A DNA stretch of 33,925 nt, from assembly GCA_034530615.2 (NCBI GenBank), contig JAVRCV020000054.1:1-33925 (forward strand), read 5' to 3'. Shown piece after piece: positions 9,427-18,318 of the stretch. The notes below the pieces were generated by a model that did not search any database, had not been told where the DNA came from, and saw nothing but the letters and a program-made list of their open reading frames with translations. The first letter of the stretch is position 1. Each line of letters starts with the position of its first letter. The translations under genes were made by a program, and so were the position numbers. Source of the DNA: Aulosira sp. ZfuVER01. Its GTDB lineage: Bacteria; Cyanobacteriota; Cyanobacteriia; Cyanobacteriales; Nostocaceae.

Positions 9427-10454
9427 ACGCGATGTGCGACTTAATATTCTGTAACAAGATCGTCGAACTGAAGTGGGTCACAATTGTGGCGATTAAGCCA
9501 GAAACAGAGAGTATGAGCTAAAATCTTGCGATTGAGACGACTGGTAAGATGCCACATATCTCTAGCTCGAATCTTCTCTATATGAAATCTCTCAACTAAT
9601 TGACCAATTACTGTTTCAATTAGGCGGCGAAAGCGCTGCATTAATCGAACTGAAGATTGACTACGAGATTCAGACATATTAGAACGCAGAGGGGTTTGTA
9701 AATTAATACCCACTCTTTCAAGTTCTCCTGACAAAAACTGACTTAAATAACCCTTATCTCCGATTAATAAACCTTTAACTCGTGTGATTAAATCCCAAAG
9801 TGCTTCTCGTTCACTACCATTTGCCGGAGTGAGGGTAAACCCACTAATAACTCCTGTACCACTAATGATTAAATGCCCATAAAACCCATAGTAGGTCTGT
9901 TTCTTGGCAGCACAAAAGCCATAATCTGCTTGGGATTTAAAACTCCGGCAGTTGGGAGCGCGACTGCAGCCACACAAAGGTATTGGTAATCCATCAATCA
10001 AATGAAGTTGCTCAGAAAATGCCCCTAAATGCTGTGCTAATTTTTGTTGTAACAGTTCCTTGTACTGCCAACAATTAGCTGCTTGACGACTAAAAGCATA
10101 GCGACTCTTTAAATGAGGAAATAGCCCTAACCAATGACGGTGAAAGTATTTCCAAATGTCTTTGTCAGCATCTATTCCCAAAAACTCTGCTACTACTTCC
10201 ATTGTTAAAACTTCACTCTCCCTTAAACTCGGAGCAAAACCTCGTCTCTTAATTGGGTATATCTGGGTGATTTCAATCAGCCCGTCGTCAACACAGCAAA
10301 ATACAGCAATGATAAACTCTTCAATAGAAAACATTTTTCCCTCATTCCACTCACTGGTAACGATTTTCTCGCTCCAGTGCGGATTGTGGGAATTTTCTTT
10401 TCAATCGTTCATACACCAAACTTGTGTAACGAAACAATAAGTCGCACATCGCGT
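9427..10454 (-). mobile_element. IS982-family insertion sequence, about 1.03 kb
   Basis: Perfect inverted repeats ACGCGATGTGCGACTTA (9427-9443) / TAAGTCGCACATCGCGT (10438-10454) enclose one transposase. Confidence 0.9.
9441..10334 (-). CDS. IS982-family DDE transposase
   Basis: LIDGLPIPLC, GFCAAKKQTYYGF, LIGDKGY and RRLIETVIGQL motifs; the stop codon lies within the inverted repeat. Confidence 0.92.
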   Translation of the reverse strand: MFSIEEFIIAVFCCVDDGLIEITQIYPIKRRGFAPSLRESEVLTMEVVAEFLGIDADKDIWKYFHRHWLGLFPHLKSRYAFSRQAANCWQYKELLQQKLAQHLGAFSEQLHLIDGLPIPLCGCSRAPNCRSFKSQADYGFCAAKKQTYYGFYGHLIISGTGVISGFTLTPANGSEREALWDLITRVKGLLIGDKGYLSQFLSGELERVGINLQTPLRSNMSESRSQSSVRLMQRFRRLIETVIGQLVERFHIEKIRARDMWHLTSRLNRKILAHTLCFWLNRHNCDPLQFDDLVTEY

Positions 10455-10693
10455 TAGCTTATCTTGAGAAACATCGCTCTCGTATTGTCAACTACAGCTA
10501 TTACCAGGCTGAACAGCTTTCTTCTATTGGCTCTGGTGCTGTCGAATCTGCTATTAAACAGATTGGAGCTAGGATGAAAATTTCTGGCGCACAATGGAAT
10601 GTTAATAGTGTTAATCACATCCTTTCTGTTCGTTGTGCTTATCTCAATGGTTTACTCGCTATTTGACTATTTCTGCCAAAAGTGGATGCTCCC
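10455..10693 (+). pseudogene. 3' remnant of an ISKra4-family transposase with its right end
   Basis: AYLEKHRSRIVNYSYYQAEQLSSIGSGAVESAIKQIGARMKISGAQW...LAI* (10457-10666), then terminal GGATGCTCCC (10684-10693). Confidence 0.85.
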
Positions 10694-11100
10694 AAAGTTT
10701 TTCCCAAAAAACTTGACCCCATAGAAACCAGCCCAGCAGGAGTCATAGAAAAGCCAAAACTAAAACCTAAAAGTTAGGCTCATTACTATTGATGAAGGCG
10801 ATCGCTTTTGGGTCTGTTATTTGATTAACTTATGATGGCAGAAAATTTGGCACCTCGCGTCAATATAAGCTCAAAAAGTAACTAACACTAACTCAACGAG
10901 AATTTCCTCACTCTTAAGAGGCTATTTGAAAAGTTGTAAAATGTTAAATTTTATACTAAGTGTATAATCGCGATCCGGAGCATGGCAAGATAAATAAAAT
11001 TCTCCAATGTTTTGAATTTTTTCAATAATTAAATCGCACTCCTATAGCTTGCTAAGTGCAGAATTAGACATGATCTAATAATCAACTACTTTGAACTTTA

Positions 11101-12549
11101 ATGACTAAGAAGCGTTTGCTGGTGCTAATTTTTGCACTGTTGCTGATTGCCCTTTCTTGGTGGAGTGTGGTATCGGCACGGGCTGGTTTAGTAGTGCGTC
11201 AACTGGAGCGAGAAGGAGTGCCATTATTGTACGTAGCGCCAGAGAATGCATTAAAAGTACCTGGTGTTCTGGTAGCACATGGCTATGCAGGTTCTAAGCA
11301 GTTGATGCTTGGCTATGCATACGTCTTGGCCCATGCAGGTTACGCGGTAATGCTGTGGGATTTTGATGGTCATGGATCTAATGCCTTGCCTTTACGGACA
11401 AATTCGCTGCAAAAAAATCTGGATATTGCTTATGCAGCACTGGTAGCACAACCGGAGGTGGATGCATTGCGTTTAGCTACTTTAGGTCACTCAATGGGGA
11501 GTGGTGCAGTGATGGCAGCCGCTATTGGCAATGTCAATCGCTATGCTGCGACTGTGGCAGTTTCGCCTACAGGCGCGTCAATTACAGCCAATGTACCTCA
11601 AAACCTTTTATTACAAGCAGGGAGTTGGGAAAATAGATTTGTTGCTAATGCAGAGCGTTTACTGAGAGCTGGTGGTGGTGAAAATCACCAATTTGCTCGG
11701 GGTCAAGCCAGAAAACTCGTGATTATCCCCAATGCCGAACATATTACAATTTTGTTTCGCCATTCTAGTCATCAGGCTGCTAGAGATTGGCTAAATAGCA
11801 CTTTTAGGATCAACAGCCAGAGTAACTATGTTGATTACCGTATGCTATGGTATTTTTTGCACTTGCTGGCATGGTTAACTCTTCTTGCAGCAGTTTCCCC
11901 CGTTTTAGCGACTTCTTCTATTACTAACAAAGCAGGACACTTAAAAAGCTGGATGGGTTTATCAATAGCACCTTTGGTAGCCACTGGCACACTGATGTTA
12001 ATTAACCGTCTAGGCGATATTGATGACTTGGGTGGAGTATTAGTCGGTGGAGCAGTTAGTATTTGGTTTGGGGTAGCAGGTTTAAGTTGGTTGATTGCTA
12101 TGGTACAACTACAACTGCCATCATCCAGAGATTTGGTCATTGGCATCACCTTGTTTATCATCCTGTGGATTGGTTTTGGGGCAATGGCGCAGGTAGTATG
12201 GTTACAGTGGTGGTTGATTGGGGCGCGGTTGCGGATTTTCCCTATCCTGGCAGTTGCTTGTTTTCCTTGGTTTTTAGCTGCTGGAGTGGCACAGCAAAAT
12301 CTTAATTTGGGAGAGCGAGTTTTATGGTGGCTAGGACAAAGCACAGTCTTAATTGGTGGTTTTATTCTCGTGATTTATTTTCTGCCACAACTAAGTTTTA
12401 TTTATCTTTTGCTGCCATTATTTCCTATATTTATAGCGATTGTTTCATTCTGTTCTGCATTACTAAATAATCCTTGGAGTTATGCTCTTGGGAGTTCTTT
12501 ATTTTTTGGTTGGGTATTAGCATCTGCCTTTCCATTATCGAAAATTTAG
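11101..12549 (+). CDS. alpha/beta hydrolase fused to a polytopic membrane domain
   Basis: N-terminal hydrophobic helix; AHGY oxyanion motif, DFDGHG, GHSMG nucleophile elbow, AEHITIL histidine; multiple transmembrane segments in the C-terminal half. Confidence 0.85.
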   Translation: MTKKRLLVLIFALLLIALSWWSVVSARAGLVVRQLEREGVPLLYVAPENALKVPGVLVAHGYAGSKQLMLGYAYVLAHAGYAVMLWDFDGHGSNALPLRTNSLQKNLDIAYAALVAQPEVDALRLATLGHSMGSGAVMAAAIGNVNRYAATVAVSPTGASITANVPQNLLLQAGSWENRFVANAERLLRAGGGENHQFARGQARKLVIIPNAEHITILFRHSSHQAARDWLNSTFRINSQSNYVDYRMLWYFLHLLAWLTLLAAVSPVLATSSITNKAGHLKSWMGLSIAPLVATGTLMLINRLGDIDDLGGVLVGGAVSIWFGVAGLSWLIAMVQLQLPSSRDLVIGITLFIILWIGFGAMAQVVWLQWWLIGARLRIFPILAVACFPWFLAAGVAQQNLNLGERVLWWLGQSTVLIGGFILVIYFLPQLSFIYLLLPLFPIFIAIVSFCSALLNNPWSYALGSSLFFGWVLASAFPLSKI

Positions 12550-12710
12550 CCTGCTGTCTAACGGCGAGTATGTGAATGTAGAATCTCCGCGCTCGCGCAG
12601 TATCTCAATCATACAATCCTTGAGGAGAAGGCATCGCTACCCCAAAAGCAAAGATAGCAGAAGTATTTCCAGATTTTTTGTACCTTAACCGCTGCAATGG
12701 CGCACAGCAA

Positions 12711-13034
12711 TTACAAAGTATCAGTGCGATAGATGGATTCAATCAATTCTTCAACTTCTTCTTCGTCCAAACATTGTTTTACTTGGTTATTAAACCACTT
12801 TATCTCTTCGGGTTCTGTGTTTTGGAGTTGGTAAACTAGTAGTGTTCCTGCAACACGGGCAAAAGTCAGGGGTGATGGGGAAAGGTGGCTCAGTAGTTCA
12901 GATGCATTCTGGTATATTTGCATGACTGATGTTTCGTCCAAAGGAGACCCCAATTGAGCAGAAAGCTGTTTTAGGCTCTCTTGAACAGACAAATGAAAGT
13001 CTGAGTCTTCTTCAAATGAAATAGGGTTACTCAT
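12711..13034 (-). CDS. hypothetical protein
   Basis: 107-aa ORF starting about 30 bp after the FGE stop, on the same strand. Confidence 0.7.
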   Translation of the reverse strand: MSNPISFEEDSDFHLSVQESLKQLSAQLGSPLDETSVMQIYQNASELLSHLSPSPLTFARVAGTLLVYQLQNTEPEEIKWFNNQVKQCLDEEEVEELIESIYRTDTL

Positions 13035-13063
13035 AAACGCTAACTAAATGGACACTGCGTATT

Positions 13064-14068
13064 TTAAATATTTACAACACAACGAAAACCAATATGACAA
13101 GTTGATGTATCAATCATTTCTGGGTGACGAGCTGCTGGGCGATAACGACGACAATAGTTGGCAGCGCAAAGAAAAGACCCCCCTTTTACAACTTTTCGGG
13201 GAATTTGAACTTCTGGAGTTCTGGAATCAATACTTTCCTCTCTAGTGCATCCTCTCGGATTAACCAGAACACAACAAGATTTTGGCTTCACAAGTTGATA
13301 ATCTTGATACCAATCGGCTGTCCATTCCCAAACATTACCGATCATGTCATAAAGTCCGTAGCCATTAGCGGGGTATGAAGCTACTGAAGTTGTACCTGGG
13401 CGATGATTCTTCAGGTTTTGCCAAGGAAACTCACCCAACCAAAAATTTGCCATAACTTTCCCCTCTGGAACTAGTTCATCTCCCCAAGCATAGGGTTTCT
13501 CTACTAAGCCACCACGGGCCGCAAATTCCCATTGCGCTTCAGTTGGTAAAGTTTTACCCGCCCAGACAGAATAGGCTTCTGCATCTTCAACAGTCACATG
13601 GACAACAGGATGGTTTTCTTTTCCCTTAATGGAACTGCCCGGCCCTTCAGGATGTCGCCAGTTAGCACCAGGTACATAAGCCCACCAATTCGCTGAGTTA
13701 AGTTCAACACGAAAATGTGGTTGCTGAAATACCAGAGAGCCAGGTACTAATAATTCTGGTAGAGCGTCTGGGTAATCTTCTAACTTGGGAGAACGTTCGG
13801 CCATAGTAATATAGCCGGTTTCTTTAACAAATCGTTGAAATTGGCGGTTCGTAACTGGAGACTGATCTATCCAGAAACCATCTATTTTGACTTGACGAGA
13901 TGGATTTTCCTCTGGATAGTGGTGGTCTGACCCCATCAAAAAGCTACCACCAGGAATCCAAACCATTCCCTTGTGTGGCGCTCTGCCTACATGACCTGGA
14001 AATTTAGACTTTTCCGACTCACTAACTAATCTTTTTGCTGGGTTGTTCTTGCATAGGTGTGGCTTCAT
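13064..14068 (-). CDS. formylglycine-generating enzyme (sulfatase-modifying factor, SUMF1 family)
   Basis: HPVVHV, LPTEAQWEFAARGG, NGYGLYDMIGNVWEW, and KGGSFLCAANYCRRYRPAAR with both catalytic cysteines; start moved to ATG 14068 (GGAG upstream, removes the overlap with the sulfatase). Confidence 0.93.
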   Translation of the reverse strand: MKPHLCKNNPAKRLVSESEKSKFPGHVGRAPHKGMVWIPGGSFLMGSDHHYPEENPSRQVKIDGFWIDQSPVTNRQFQRFVKETGYITMAERSPKLEDYPDALPELLVPGSLVFQQPHFRVELNSANWWAYVPGANWRHPEGPGSSIKGKENHPVVHVTVEDAEAYSVWAGKTLPTEAQWEFAARGGLVEKPYAWGDELVPEGKVMANFWLGEFPWQNLKNHRPGTTSVASYPANGYGLYDMIGNVWEWTADWYQDYQLVKPKSCCVLVNPRGCTREESIDSRTPEVQIPRKVVKGGSFLCAANYCRRYRPAARHPEMIDTSTCHIGFRCVVNI

Positions 14069-14145
14069 CCAACGTTGCTCCGTTGACTTGTAGTCTTTAG
14101 AGGGGACAACATATATCCCCTCATTTTCAACTCTGAATATTAATA

Positions 14146-15549
14146 TCAGGCTGGGTATTGTGCTACTGGTAACACATCCAATTGCCACTTATTAAACAAC
14201 AGTTGTAAGCGCTGGAAAGTTTCCGGGTTGCTCTCCTTGAGATCGTTCTGTTCACCTGGGTCATTGTCTAAATCGTATAGGTATTTATTTAGACCCTCAC
14301 TACTACCTTGTTGTAGGTACTTCCATTTACCGAGACGGACAGCACCTTGAATATTGATTCCCGAACGATAACGCCAGAATAAAGGGCGTGACTCAAGTGG
14401 TTTTTCTCCAATGAGAGATGGAAGTAGATTCACCCCATCTAGTTGATATCCAGGGGCTACTGGTACACGGGCTGCTGCCAGAATAGTTGCAGTCAAATCC
14501 ATTGTGATTGTTGGCTGGTCATTGACTTGATTGGGTTCAACTTTTCCAGGCCAACGAATGATGGCTGGGACACGAATGCCTCCTTCATTCAGGCTGCCTT
14601 TCCGATTCCTAAATGGCCCAAAGAAAGAGTATCGTTCACCCCCATTATCACTAACAAAAATCACTAAAGTATTGTTAGCCTGTCCAGTTTCTTCCAATGC
14701 TTTTAAGACTTGACCAACTCCATCATCGAGGCTCTTCATCATTGCTGCATAAATTTCCGGTGAGCCTCCGGCTGTGTAGTTACCGTTGCTATAGAGCGTT
14801 GTACTTAATATTTCATTACCAGGCCCTTCCCACGGCCAGTGGGGCGCATTGTAATGCAAACTCAGATAAAACGGATGATTACGAGGTTTTTTAATAAATT
14901 CAATTGCCTTTTGAGTAAACAGATCAGTGGTATAGCCATCGACATTAATTAACTGCTCGTTGTTATAGAAATCAATATCACCACTGCCATCTTTATGACT
15001 GAAATAATCAATTCCTCCACTCATGTGACCAAAGAACTGGTCAAAACCACTTTTGTTGGGGCCGTAGTTAGGTAAATAACCAAGATGCCATTTCCCTACT
15101 AACGCTGTTTCATAACCCTTCGCTTTGAGTAATGAGGCAAGTGTGGGATGTGAGGGAGGTAATCCTACGGTGCTACCAATTTGACTAGAGTTAGGCAAAG
15201 GTTCTCGTAATCCTACTTCTAGTCGAGCTGGGTAGCGACCTGTCAAGAAGCCTACTCTCGTGGGTGTGCAAACTGTTTGCGCTGAGTAGGCATTGGTAAA
15301 TCTTGCGCCCTGTCTAGCGAGACCGTCTAGGTTTGGAGTCTGATAGTCACTACGACCATAAATACTCAAATCACCCCATCCCAAGTCATCTGCCAAAATA
15401 AAAAGAATATTTGGGGTTTTATCTTGAGCATCTTTACCCGCTACTGCTTTAGAGATCAAAGTTGAGCTACCAACAGTTGTCAGCGCACTAGCAGCCGCAG
15501 TTCCTAGAAACTTACGGCGATTCATCAAGCTAACATTAAAATTTGTCAT
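14146..15549 (-). CDS. Tat-exported Cys-type (formylglycine-dependent) arylsulfatase
   Basis: Twin-arginine NRRKFLG; PNILFILADDLGWGD; CTPTR (CxPxR) followed by LTGRY; GKWHLG, APHWP, SDNG. Confidence 0.95.
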   Translation of the reverse strand: MTNFNVSLMNRRKFLGTAAASALTTVGSSTLISKAVAGKDAQDKTPNILFILADDLGWGDLSIYGRSDYQTPNLDGLARQGARFTNAYSAQTVCTPTRVGFLTGRYPARLEVGLREPLPNSSQIGSTVGLPPSHPTLASLLKAKGYETALVGKWHLGYLPNYGPNKSGFDQFFGHMSGGIDYFSHKDGSGDIDFYNNEQLINVDGYTTDLFTQKAIEFIKKPRNHPFYLSLHYNAPHWPWEGPGNEILSTTLYSNGNYTAGGSPEIYAAMMKSLDDGVGQVLKALEETGQANNTLVIFVSDNGGERYSFFGPFRNRKGSLNEGGIRVPAIIRWPGKVEPNQVNDQPTITMDLTATILAAARVPVAPGYQLDGVNLLPSLIGEKPLESRPLFWRYRSGINIQGAVRLGKWKYLQQGSSEGLNKYLYDLDNDPGEQNDLKESNPETFQRLQLLFNKWQLDVLPVAQYPA

Positions 15550-15770
15550 CAATTTGTCTTTTTAATACCTACAAACACCACAAATGTGCATGGTCAAACT
15601 AGGCTGAAGCTAGTTTGCTAAAGCAAATTACTTCAACCATTCAACAAACTATTAACTGGGGTAATGTCAACGAGGACACGCTAATTACATACCCCTGTCA
15701 TCAGTAGTTAACCAATTTTGATGATTACTGAACTAGCTTTGCTGAACAGATACTAGATAGAACAAGAATC

Positions 15771-15796
15771 TACGGTAAATCATTGGTAATACAGTA
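15771..15796. promoter_or_regulatory. 26-bp palindromic operator, copy A (upstream of the sulfatase)
   Basis: TACGGTA-AATCATTGGTAA-TACAGTA. Confidence 0.7.
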
Positions 15797-15860
15797 TTTT
15801 TCTCAGCAGAATTAGTATTTCACATCTCTGTTTACGAAGACAAGGGGTTTTTCCAAAAAA

Positions 15861-15886
15861 TACAGTATTTCTACCGATTTATAGAA
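15861..15886. promoter_or_regulatory. 26-bp palindromic operator, copy B (weaker)
   Basis: TACAGTA-TTTCTACCGATT-TATAGAA; its reverse complement aligns with copy A without gaps. Confidence 0.55.
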
Positions 15887-16194
15887 GAATGATCTTAATA
15901 AACCCTAAAAACTCATCACTTAAGCAGTTTGTAATTGAATGATGGCAGGTATCTTGGTCGGTATACTTGCCTGTGTTACCAATACACCCAACGATAATCC
16001 CTGAGTATGCACAGATGCGCGGACTGTTTTTGTAGTATAATATACTATTTTTGTAGTATAAATGTCAGAGTTGTGACTGTAAAATCAGTTTTGATCCAAA
16101 AAACTTGTTCGTAAATTATTGCGTACTGTGCGAGAGTTTTAGTCAGAAATTTTTGCGATAGAAATCAAGGTCATAAATGATGTTTTTAGAGTCA

Positions 16195-16412
16195 AAATCC
16201 TTATATTTACCGTTGGTTTACCTTATAAATACCTTGCATCTGCCATTGCGAAACCTTATTTTTGGCAGAATAACCAATTTTTGAAAAAATCTAATTTGGA
16301 GCAGCAGTAAATCCTTATATCTGCCATTGGGAAGCTATTAAAATGCCATTGGTTTACCTTATTTCTGCCATGATTGAGAAAATCCTTGTAAATACCTTAT
16401 AAATTCCTTTGA
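16195..16412. repeat. array of 15 phased 11-bp direct repeats in blocks of 6+6+3 (iteron/centromere-like)
   Basis: CC core at 16199, 16210, 16221, 16232, 16243, 16254; 16313, 16324, 16335 (CT), 16346, 16357, 16368; 16384, 16395, 16406; each block starts AAATCCTT. Confidence 0.85.
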
Positions 16413-16443
16413 GGTTAAATAATAGTTAGGGTGCGAAGTTTAT

Positions 16444-16737
16444 ATGAAACCAAGAAAAGTTACTATCAGTCCGCCTAAGATGTCTGTTGATAAAAAGGAA
16501 TTGGTACGTCGCGTTTCCCAACGGTTGAGTAAGCAAACTGGAGCAGTTGAAGAAATTATTGATGCCACTATAGAAGAAATTTATGAATCTCTTAAACAGG
16601 GAGACAGTGTTGTTCTACGGAACTTCGGCACTTTCTATGTCAGAACAGGTCGAGATTGCTGGGTATTTAAGTTTAATCCTTCTCAACGGTTACGTCACGC
16701 ATTTGGTTGGTCGTCAACTCATAACCCCAAGTCCTAA
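16444..16737 (+). CDS. HU/IHF-family DNA-binding protein lacking the beta-ribbon arm
   Basis: DKKELV..VS, I.ESLKQGDSVVLRNFGTF and FKFNPSQRLR; no RNPxTG arm. Confidence 0.85.
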   Translation: MKPRKVTISPPKMSVDKKELVRRVSQRLSKQTGAVEEIIDATIEEIYESLKQGDSVVLRNFGTFYVRTGRDCWVFKFNPSQRLRHAFGWSSTHNPKS

Positions 16738-16847
16738 CATGATCTGAAGATGATATTTCTGCCGTGCAGTCAAGTTGTAGCCAACTTCAAGCCTAATAAA
16801 ATTCAGTAGCGAAAAATTTGAGTCTCAGATGAGCCAGGAGGCGAGGT

Positions 16848-17171
16848 ATGCAAGCAAAGAGCGAGGTCACACTAAAATTTAGCGGTGAATTACCAGCAGC
16901 CACACCAGCAGCTAAGAAAAAGGTTGAAGTCTCACTAACTGACCAGAATGGTGTAGTCTTCACTGCTCTGATTAACGCAAAAAGCTGGCGCAAGGCTGAA
17001 ACTAATGCCTCAGAGTTTGGGGATTGGGCAGGGGCTATATCTGGAAAGCTTGGTCAACGAACAGAAAACGGTTTTGAGGTAGTTGATGCGGGAATTCAAA
17101 TTTTTCAGAAGAAGGCAAAGGAGCCTAAACCAGAAGAAGGTGCTACTTTAGCTGAAACTGGTGCAAGTTAA
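16848..17171 (+). CDS. cyanobacterial plasmid-type protein resembling the family often labelled 'fertility inhibition FinO-like'
   Basis: Pattern KSEVTLKF..ELP...K.WRK...WAGAISGKLG..TENGF...IQIFQKK.K recalled from that family; AGGAGG/GAGGT RBS. Confidence 0.6.
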   Translation: MQAKSEVTLKFSGELPAATPAAKKKVEVSLTDQNGVVFTALINAKSWRKAETNASEFGDWAGAISGKLGQRTENGFEVVDAGIQIFQKKAKEPKPEEGATLAETGAS

Positions 17172-17201
17172 TAGAGCTGTCTCAAGCATAAGAGAGCAAA
17201 T

Positions 17202-17237
17202 TTCTACCTCTGCAATGAGGACTAAGCAGAGGTAGAA
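17202..17237 (+). terminator. stem-loop after the HU/FinO-like pair
   Basis: TTCTACCTCTGC-N12-GCAGAGGTAGAA. Confidence 0.6.
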
Positions 17238-17342
17238 GCATTCTCAGTTGCCGATTCCACTTTTTCCTAAATTCGTGTAATGTTTCTACTTGGGGTAAGT
17301 TTGGGGAGAATGAAAACAGAGTGGGCATCTCATGAGAATTGT

Positions 17343-17657
17343 TCAACAAATAGGGAGAACAATCTCAAATTCAGTCCCCTCGGTGGACTGAGAACGCACA
17401 GTTAAAGTGCCGCGATGTTGTTGGATAATGGAATAGCAGATAAATAACCCCAACCCTTGACCACGACCAACGGGTTTTGTGGTGAAGAACGGTTCAAAAA
17501 TCCGCTCTTGGAGGCTTACAGGAATCGTACTATCTGTATTGGCGATCGCAATTCGTAACCATTCACGATCTATCACTCCAGTACGAATCCGAATTCCTGG
17601 ATGTTTGCTGCTTTGGGCATTATCTCGAATCGCATCAATAGCATTGTTAATAATCAA
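17343..17657 (-). pseudogene. C-terminal HATPase_c fragment of a sensor histidine kinase
   Basis: N box NNAIDA, F box IFEPFFTTKPVG, G2 box GQGLGL; no HisKA or sensor domain; directly abuts the IS66 fragment. Confidence 0.85.
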
Positions 17658-18205
17658 GGTGTTTCATCTATATGAATGTTAGGTTGTGTCTGTTTTACCC
17701 AACTACTTAATTCAATAACGCTCGGTTCAATTGCTTGTTGTATTCGTTCATTAGTTGCAACTAACGTCCCCAGCCCAATATCGATTTGCCCCAGTTCCCA
17801 CAACATTTCTTGTTGTTTCTCATAGGGCATATGTGCATAATTATTTACCCATCCTAAAAATGCCTGTAACGACCTTCCTAAATCTTGTCCTGGAATCATC
17901 TGTTGTGGCCAGGCGGCTGTTTGTAAATTGCCACAACACTCACACATGCAGCTTTGGCGTTGATACTCCACTATTTCTATGGGTCGTTCCACTAGTTGCG
18001 CTACCGCGTGTTTTTCTACTTTGACTGCCACAGACGCAAATGCTTTTTGACCACAGTAAACACAATTAAGAGGGCGTAGGATTTCATAACGGTCTACTCT
18101 GCCAAAGCCTTTACGGGTTTTGCCTTGATGTCCAGGCTGCCCACTTGGTTTCTTCTTCGGCTGACTCGATTCTTCTCGGGAGGGTGCTTTTTTGTTTTCG
18201 CTCAA
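17654..18205 (-). pseudogene. internal fragment of an IS66-family transposase
   Basis: KKKPSGQPGHQGKTR, CxxCG and CxCCG zinc finger, ending at HIDETP (first catalytic Asp); both ends missing. Confidence 0.88.
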
Positions 18206-18318
18206 TTATCAATACTCAACATCTCAAAGCCTTATTTTATCGTACATTTCTCTAATTTCTCATCAGCGTATTTCTATCTTGTATGCCATTTATTTAAAGG
18301 CTTTCATCATTTTCGGAG

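Noticed and set aside
10694..10777. Short open frame KVFPKKLDPIETSPAGVIEKPKLKPKS* after the ISKra4 end
   Set aside because: Possibly the tail of the IS target gene, but too short to call
14069..14188. N-terminal 40 aa of the FGE ORF as given in the ORF track
   Set aside because: It overlaps the sulfatase 3' end; ATG 14068 has a GGAG RBS and gives a normal length
15650..15712. Hammerhead ribozyme or riboswitch in the sulfatase leader (CTGATGA on the minus strand, GGGGTA..TACCCC hairpin)
   Set aside because: No GAAA core after stem II and no recognisable aptamer consensus; it is only a simple hairpin
16033..16047. Cyanobacterial LexA box
   Set aside because: AGTAT-N3-ATACT does not match AGTAC-N4-GTACT
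16195..16412. Pho/SphR boxes (11-bp period)
   Set aside because: The units do not match the PyTTAAPyPy(T/A) consensus, and no phosphate gene is adjacent
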